A DNA stretch of 64,000 nucleotides from Pseudomonadota bacterium (GTDB taxonomy: Bacteria > Bdellovibrionota_C > UBA2361 > OMII01), in NCBI GenBank assembly GCA_038134595.1, contig JAYPVM010000001.1, positions 291,359 through 355,358 of the forward strand. The letters run 5' to 3'. The first letter of the stretch is position 1, and the number at the start of each line of letters is the position of its first letter. Below, one piece after another: positions 58,011 through 64,000 of this stretch. The position numbers and the translations under genes were made by a program. Below the pieces are notes generated by a model. The model ran no database searches. It had not been told where the DNA came from and worked only from the letters and a program-made list of their open reading frames with translations.

Positions 58011-58541
58011 ATGAAAAAGGTCTATGTCACGATAGGAGCGCTCTCTAGGCGAACTCTCAGTGTTACATTAATATTTTTTTGCGCGCTTTCTGTTTTTGGG
58101 ATCGGTATTGGGTTTTACAGAATGTTATTAGTTTCGTCGGGATCGCCTGAAAGGTTAGCCGTTATCCAAACCGAGCTTGCAGAGCTGAAAGCCCTTGGAC
58201 TTCGTGTGCGCCAGACAGTGCGACACAGTGGTCAAGTTTTCGAAGATAAGCTGGATAGAACGCCATTCGATACCTTTATAGCAAAACTTCATCGTTCAGC
58301 ACTTCAGTATAATATAACAGTGTTAGACACATTGAGAGGGGGGGCAGCGTTTAGCTATCAAGGATTGGATGTATTGAATCTAACTGCTGCCGGTGAATAT
58401 CAAAATCTACGACGGTTCTTGCAGGAAGTGGTTGAAAGCAATCCAGGTTATCGCGTGAATAGCTTTTCGTTGGTGAAGACATCAATGAGTCCTACTCTAT
58501 TAGAGATGCGCTTGTCCGTCGGTTCAGAAAAGCCCCTCTAG
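58011..58541 (+). CDS. PilO-like inner membrane protein
   Basis: TM, coiled segment, 'GEYQNLRRFL' (G-x-Y-x-x-L-x-x-F) PilO motif; position. Confidence 0.65.
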   Translation: MKKVYVTIGALSRRTLSVTLIFFCALSVFGIGIGFYRMLLVSSGSPERLAVIQTELAELKALGLRVRQTVRHSGQVFEDKLDRTPFDTFIAKLHRSALQYNITVLDTLRGGAAFSYQGLDVLNLTAAGEYQNLRRFLQEVVESNPGYRVNSFSLVKTSMSPTLLEMRLSVGSEKPL

Positions 58542-58763
58542 AGCGTTCATACGGGGGCGGGGTTTCAACACAGTGTTTTGTGCGTGCCGACTTTAGTTGG
58601 TCATCAAAATTATGATTCTTTTCTCTCGTCCTAACCATCTCATTTTGAAGTAGTCGAATCCACCAAAATGGTGAAAAGCGATAAGAGCAGCTCAAAGTTG
58701 CTCCAGGAAGAGATATGGCATGTTCTCCAAAGAAATAAATGGGGGACGCTCAAGGAATGAGTT

Positions 58764-61487
58764 ATGAAGTCAATTGGTACAATAGAACTTCGAGGACTGT
58801 TTTTGGTAGGTGCAGTCGTGTGTTCGAGCCTCTTAATTGATGGTGTCCACTGTGTTTCGGCAGAGCCAACGAAAGTAAAGGCGCAGGCGGCTAGTTCTCC
58901 CAAAAAGTCCCGTAAGGAACACCAGCCTCGATTGCCCGCACTCTCATTAACCGAACAACAATCTGTAGAAGCTCGTGCTAACACTCGAGTCGATACTACA
59001 AATCCTAAAAGAGAGCGTGCTGCTCGTGCCACTAGTAATACACAAGTAGACTGGACCAAGTCGATAAACCTTGAGGCTAGTGACAACAGCGATAAAGTTA
59101 CCATAGCGACCCGCTCACCTAATGCCACGTATACAGCGAAGCGCCTTCGCAATCCAGAGAGGCTTGTCATTGACATCCGAAATGAGCGGTTTCCCAGAAC
59201 TGCGGCTGTTGAAAAAGGAACGGCTCGACTCGATGGCATCCGAATCGGCAATCATCCAGAGAAAGCCCGAATTGTACTCGATCTCAAGAGTGGTGACATA
59301 GCCCACTCAATCACTCGTCAGAATAACAAACTGGTAGTCGCGCTTTCCACGAAAAAACCGCTCATGCGCGAGCCTTTGAAGGTTGCAAACGCAGGAAGTG
59401 TGAAAAAGCTCACCATGCCCAAAAGTGACAGAGTAGTTGCACGCACAGTCCTCAAGCTTGACGAGGATATCATGATTTCTGGCGACAGTAGTTCTAAACC
59501 CAAAGAGTCATCAACCCGAGCGATGCCAAAGATGGCATCCGCTAAATCGACACTTTCATTGCCGCATGCATTGAAGGAATCAAAAGTTAGTTTGGAGAGC
59601 CAGCCGTCTGAGAAAGGAATTGTGTTAAAGAAACTTAGCCTTGCGGGTCAGGCTGAGACATCTCCTGCGGTCAAAATCTCTGTGCCAAAAGATGTTCGCT
59701 ATACGCTTACTAGAACAGCCCCCTCGGAGTACGTAGCGACTCTTTATGGTGTAACTCCTGAATTAAATTTACTAAAGCAAACTCTCTTTAGCTCCGCAAA
59801 AAGCACAGGGATACGCTCTGTGAGAGCCGCAAAGAACGGAGTAGATACTCTTGTGCGAATTTTTACGCAGCCAAGCAGTTATCTTACCAGTCGCAGAGAC
59901 AATGATCTCCTTATTATCGAGGAGAGTCACGATCTCTCAAAAATAGCGCGAGACATTAGAGCGCAAATCGCCCCTGCCGCGGCAAATCAGAAAGGGGCAG
60001 ATGTTGATGCGAAAAAGAGTGCCGCCAAGTCAGCGCCGAAACAGTCGGCTAAAAGTAGCGGAGATCTCAAAAAGCGGGTAGAGAAGCAGCCCAAGTCAAA
60101 ACCTGTATCGGAGGCTCGCAGTGATAACGGTGCTCGTAGTGAATTGGCAGCGATTCGTGGGGATTCTCAGACCTATACGGGTCGGTTGATCTCGCTAGAC
60201 TTACAGGATGCTGACATTGATAGTGCGCTTAGGATTATTGCAGAGGTATCAAACCTAAATATCGTGGCGGGCGATGGGGTGTCAGGTAAGGTGACTCTAA
60301 AACTTGTAGATGTGCCATGGGATCAAGCGCTTGAGGTGATTTTGAAGAGTCATGGTTTAGACAAGGTGCTGCAGGGAAATGTCTTGCGAGTTGCACCTGT
60401 CGATAAGCTAAAGGCTGAGCGCGAGTCATTTAAGGAGGCGCGTGTCGCTGAGGAAGAGCTTGAGCCGTTGGACGTGCAGTATATGCGTGTTAGTTACGCT
60501 AAGGCCTCTGAAATTACAGCGCTTGTTGAAACTGTACTTACAGAGCGAGGAACAGTGGCATTCGACGAACGCTCGAATCAGCTTGTAGTGAAAGATGTTT
60601 CAAAGGGATTAAAGAACGTTGCAGAGCTCATAAAGAAAATTGATCTCCGAACCCCTCAAATACTTCTAGAAACACAGATTGTTGAAGCGAGTCGCAGTCT
60701 GTCGCGGGAGTTAGGGAGCGAGCTTGGATTTCAATATATTCAATCTCCTGCGACTGGAAATGGCACGGGCTTGAATTTTCCGTCGGCAATCTCGGTTGGT
60801 GGAAGTGCAGATCCAACTGCTGGCGGTATAACTGGGTCAGCCTTTCCGATTGCATCATCTGGCACCCTCGGCTCCGCTATTACGATGCTCTTTGATAGTG
60901 CTGATGGAACCAAGAGCTTGTCTACCAGATTGTCACAGCTAGAGCAGGAGGGCGAGGTTCGGATTATTAGTAAACCTGCAGTGGCGACCACGAACAACAA
61001 GCCAGCTGAGATTAAGAGCGTAGAGAAGTTTCGGGTTAAATTACCAAATGGCGGACTCTCCATAGCGACCGGCTCTGGAGCACAGTCAGCGGGTAGTGGT
61101 GATTCGGCCACGCAGACGATAGAGGCTGGTATCGTTTTAAATGTTACGCCACAAGCATCTCCAGACTATTACATCCTGCTTGATATCAAAGCTAAGTCGA
61201 GTAGTTTTGGTGCGAAGTCAGTTGATGGAATTCCAAATGAAATTGAACGAAGTGCGAGCTCTTCAGTGCTCGTATCGAGTGGCCAAACTTTTGCCCTTGG
61301 CGGAATTTATAAAATTACTGAACAAGACCGAATAGCAGGTGTCCCTTTCTTCAAGGATATCCCTGTATTGGGAACATTCTTTCGAAGTGTGACAACTGAG
61401 AACTCAGATGAGGAGCTTTTGTTCTTTATTACTCCTCGCATTGTCGAAGGAAGCTTTGAGGATGCAAGTATGAAGGTGTTTTCGTAA
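58764..61487 (+). CDS. pilQ: type IV pilus secretin PilQ with AMIN domains
   Basis: AMIN (PERLVIDI...IRIG...RIVLDL), YTGRLISLDLQDAD, VPWDQAL, DERSNQLVV, VPFFKDIPVLGTFF, ELLFFITPRIV. Confidence 0.95.
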   Translation: MKSIGTIELRGLFLVGAVVCSSLLIDGVHCVSAEPTKVKAQAASSPKKSRKEHQPRLPALSLTEQQSVEARANTRVDTTNPKRERAARATSNTQVDWTKSINLEASDNSDKVTIATRSPNATYTAKRLRNPERLVIDIRNERFPRTAAVEKGTARLDGIRIGNHPEKARIVLDLKSGDIAHSITRQNNKLVVALSTKKPLMREPLKVANAGSVKKLTMPKSDRVVARTVLKLDEDIMISGDSSSKPKESSTRAMPKMASAKSTLSLPHALKESKVSLESQPSEKGIVLKKLSLAGQAETSPAVKISVPKDVRYTLTRTAPSEYVATLYGVTPELNLLKQTLFSSAKSTGIRSVRAAKNGVDTLVRIFTQPSSYLTSRRDNDLLIIEESHDLSKIARDIRAQIAPAAANQKGADVDAKKSAAKSAPKQSAKSSGDLKKRVEKQPKSKPVSEARSDNGARSELAAIRGDSQTYTGRLISLDLQDADIDSALRIIAEVSNLNIVAGDGVSGKVTLKLVDVPWDQALEVILKSHGLDKVLQGNVLRVAPVDKLKAERESFKEARVAEEELEPLDVQYMRVSYAKASEITALVETVLTERGTVAFDERSNQLVVKDVSKGLKNVAELIKKIDLRTPQILLETQIVEASRSLSRELGSELGFQYIQSPATGNGTGLNFPSAISVGGSADPTAGGITGSAFPIASSGTLGSAITMLFDSADGTKSLSTRLSQLEQEGEVRIISKPAVATTNNKPAEIKSVEKFRVKLPNGGLSIATGSGAQSAGSGDSATQTIEAGIVLNVTPQASPDYYILLDIKAKSSSFGAKSVDGIPNEIERSASSSVLVSSGQTFALGGIYKITEQDRIAGVPFFKDIPVLGTFFRSVTTENSDEELLFFITPRIVEGSFEDASMKVFS

Positions 61488-61496
61488 GGAGAAGAT

Positions 61497-62369
61497 ATGA
61501 GAGCTATAGATCTTTTTAAAGGCACTGTAAGGGGCACTTTGGTTGCAAGCGTTTTGTCTTTGGCCACCTCTTGTGGTGGCAACGGAGCCTCCAACAATGA
61601 TCAGGGAATGTCGGTGACATTGTTAGGCCTTTTTAACTCCTCCCGTCTGACAATTAATACGAATACAGGTGGTGGTCAGCAGACTCTGGGCTCTCAGGGT
61701 TGTGGACAGTTGCCAGCGGGATTCGCTGGAGGTTACTTGCAACTTGGTGAAGTTGGGTCCGAGCCCGGGGGGACAATTCTAGAAACCGGCGCTGAAAGCG
61801 GGACCGACCCGGCGGGTGGTTACTTATCTGTGATCGGTATCCAGAATAATTTATACGGGCAAGCGTATCGTGGTGAGCGGTTGTTGCTCGATTACTACGT
61901 ACCTGGAGCGAGTGTTCAGCCGCCATCGACGACGGTTCCAATTTATCTCGTTGCAGGACCCGCTGAGTCAGCTGCGCAAACTGGAAATAATGCGGGAAAT
62001 ACAGTTGATCCCGGGCTAAGAAAGCCTTTGTTTACGAGTTTGCCACCATCGCTTTCGAATCTCTGTAATCGAAGCCTACAGCAGGTAACAATTATTACTC
62101 CGGCAATCAGGGAGTGGTTAAACTTTAACCGCGATCTTTTGCCAGCCGCGCCATTCAAGTTGGAGTTAACAGCACAGGTATCTGGTTTAACATCATCTGG
62201 TAATCGTGTTGAGACAAATCCTGTAACCTTAGATTTCGATGTCCTACCTGAGACGTATATATCAGCACCCACAGATGATACTTCGAGTACTGGTACCACA
62301 ACTGATACAGGAGACACCACGACTCTATCGCTATCAAATGAAGAACAGTTAGGGATGATGTTTGACTAA
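61497..62369 (+). CDS. hypothetical lipoprotein
   Basis: Lipobox-like LATS|C, G/T/S-rich beta body; AGGAG RBS just after the pilQ stop. Confidence 0.7.
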   Translation: MRAIDLFKGTVRGTLVASVLSLATSCGGNGASNNDQGMSVTLLGLFNSSRLTINTNTGGGQQTLGSQGCGQLPAGFAGGYLQLGEVGSEPGGTILETGAESGTDPAGGYLSVIGIQNNLYGQAYRGERLLLDYYVPGASVQPPSTTVPIYLVAGPAESAAQTGNNAGNTVDPGLRKPLFTSLPPSLSNLCNRSLQQVTIITPAIREWLNFNRDLLPAAPFKLELTAQVSGLTSSGNRVETNPVTLDFDVLPETYISAPTDDTSSTGTTTDTGDTTTLSLSNEEQLGMMFD

Positions 62370-62430
62370 GAGATTTAGAGAACGAGCCTTACAGGATTAG
62401 AGATACAACTTTTTGCAGAAGGTTAGTGTT

Positions 62431-63474
62431 ATGAATCGAGGAAAAGCAAATTTCGCCGTCTCAGCGATGGCACTCGCAGGGATTGTAGGTCTTATTGGGT
62501 GTCTCGGAGGGCAGGGCAGTACCGACGGAGGCTCTGGTGCTGATGGCGGATTTCGCGATGATGTCTTCGTTTCTGATGACACCTCCACGGGTTCCATCGC
62601 GCTTGAGATAACGAATCCTTCTTTAGGCATAGGAGATACATCTCCATTTGTGGTGCGTGTCCGGAATGCAAGGCAACAGCCTGTCGGACAAATCAATGTT
62701 GTGTGCGATAGTGAGCAGGGCATAGCGATTCTCGAGCCACAGACAGGATATGCGATGACCAATAGCTCGGGAGTGATGTCCGGGGTTATCGGTTGCGCAT
62801 CACCCGGAAGTTTTCAGATGGCTTGTCGGCTTAGTGTAGGAGCAAACAAGCGTGATTTCGGAGCCGTACAGTGTTCTGGTGATGTTCCACCTGGATTTCA
62901 GGGTTTTCCCGGTGCCGCCGGTGGCGGTTTAGGTGGTGGATCTCCAACTGACGGAAGCGATAGCGGAGTAAGAATGACCAGCATCTCGTTTTTGGATGGT
63001 CCCACGGGAGACACTGCAACACCTTCGATTGATATAAATTTCAATCCCGCTCTTGACTGCGATCTTTCTACCCCGGAGATAGAAGAGGAGTTCTTTACCG
63101 ATACCATTGTGTCAATTAACGTACAGAACGATGGAACGCAGGCAGTGCGCTTTACCGGTCTTCGCTACAGGTTTGAAGATTATCAGCCCGGGAGCGATTT
63201 TACTTCACGACTCCTAGGTGTCACATACGAAGGTGGTGCTAGCATCGAGGTAGGAGAGTCCGGAGTGTTTAGTCTGCCGGTATTTAAGACGTATTCGAAC
63301 GGCAAGTGGGTCGGAGATCCAGAGGGGCCTGGTGACGGATTTCAGATAACTAATGATGGTATACGAACCGTGACGTTTACCCTAATCGGCGAAACCGTAT
63401 TAGGTGACCCTGTAGAAATTACTGGGGCGACTTCGGCGGCATTCGGAGATTACAACGGCTGTCCGAGGGATTAA
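62431..63474 (+). CDS. hypothetical lipoprotein with Ig-like/beta domains
   Basis: ATG 62431, lipobox LIG|C, Gly-rich linkers, paired Cys, Big_1-like 'VRVRNARQQPV...TNSSG'. Confidence 0.7.
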   Translation: MNRGKANFAVSAMALAGIVGLIGCLGGQGSTDGGSGADGGFRDDVFVSDDTSTGSIALEITNPSLGIGDTSPFVVRVRNARQQPVGQINVVCDSEQGIAILEPQTGYAMTNSSGVMSGVIGCASPGSFQMACRLSVGANKRDFGAVQCSGDVPPGFQGFPGAAGGGLGGGSPTDGSDSGVRMTSISFLDGPTGDTATPSIDINFNPALDCDLSTPEIEEEFFTDTIVSINVQNDGTQAVRFTGLRYRFEDYQPGSDFTSRLLGVTYEGGASIEVGESGVFSLPVFKTYSNGKWVGDPEGPGDGFQITNDGIRTVTFTLIGETVLGDPVEITGATSAAFGDYNGCPRD

Positions 63475-63578
63475 CCTTGTTCGAGCGTAGTGAGTGCGTT
63501 ATTGCAGGTAGTTAGAGCGCGCGTGATGGCTGTAAGTGGCTGTTATTACAAGACCTGCAGAAAACGCCCGCTGACCAC

Positions 63579-63607
63579 TTGGCATTGATTCCCTGAATCG
63601 CTAGACT
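63579..63607 (+). promoter_or_regulatory. putative sigma70 promoter of accB
   Basis: TTGGCA-N17-TAGACT, 8 nt before the ATG. Confidence 0.5.
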
Positions 63608-63615
63608 AGCGCGCT

Positions 63616-64000
63616 ATGGATATCAAGGACATTGAAAACATCATAAAGATTCTCAAGCAAAACGAAGTCACTGAGTTTGAGCTTGAGCAGGACGGAACGA
63701 AGGTTAAGCTTGCACGGACGACTTCTGGCGCATACGTGGCAGCAGAAGGCTCGATGAGCGTTGTGCCAGCGGTTCATGTTAGTGCGCCCGCGGCTCCAGT
63801 ACAGGCTGCTGCTTCAAATGGAGCTGCGCCGGAGGAGGACGCTGGCCGATACAGCAAGGTCGAGTCGCCTATCGTCGGAACGTTTTACAGGCGCCCATCT
63901 CCAGATGCAGACCAGTTTGTGAAGGAAGGCGATGTTGTTGCAAAGGGCGATACTCTTTGTATCGTGGAGGCTATGAAGCTTATGAACGAAATCGAGGCTC
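63616..64000 (+). CDS. accB: acetyl-CoA carboxylase biotin carboxyl carrier protein (runs off the window)
   Basis: Manual translation [13 protein letters not shown]...[13 protein letters not shown]...[18 protein letters not shown] biotinylation motif. Confidence 0.97.
   Translation, partial: MDIKDIENIIKILKQNEVTEFELEQDGTKVKLARTTSGAYVAAEGSMSVVPAVHVSAPAAPVQAAASNGAAPEEDAGRYSKVESPIVGTFYRRPSPDADQFVKEGDVVAKGDTLCIVEAMKLMNEIEA

Noticed and set aside
1..64000. tRNA, rRNA, CRISPR arrays, IS elements, integrases, defence systems
   Set aside because: None recognised by eye; intergenic gaps are under ~400 bp and lack the diagnostic motifs. A covariance-model scan could still reveal small RNAs.

Overview
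Gene-dense bacterial chromosome segment, mostly housekeeping, with most genes on the + strand and a visibly G/T-rich + strand (leading-strand-like). The gene content (Gld-like ABC + DUF4340, pilMNO-pilQ near accB, CcmH, lipoproteins, secretin) suggests a diderm, delta-proteobacterial-like lineage; this is inference. Recognisable genes include secA, hemW, rpmH-rnpA-yidD-yidC-mnmE, a P-type ATPase, GH5 and GH15-like proteins, two signal peptidases, ygfZ, pyrE, a U32/RlhA protein, pdxH, a KAS III pair, an M42 peptidase, lysS, PBP1A, priA, a diverged pilMNO plus pilQ, and accB. I saw no rRNA, tRNA, CRISPR array or mobile element. The strongest leads are: (1) an unannotated proteasome-beta/HslV-like Ntn-fold candidate with Ser1/Asp17/Lys/Gly spacing, apparently on a leaderless mRNA (27706-28398); (2) a tandem KAS III pair in which the first copy has lost the whole Cys-His-Asn triad (PqsBC-like heterodimer candidate); (3) an RRE/PqqD-like domain fused to a Memo protein; (4) several core proteins with altered key motifs (YidC extra helix, cyclophilin lacking the catalytic Arg, non-canonical LysRS and CcmH motifs). 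All assignments come from motif recognition by eye; no searches were run.
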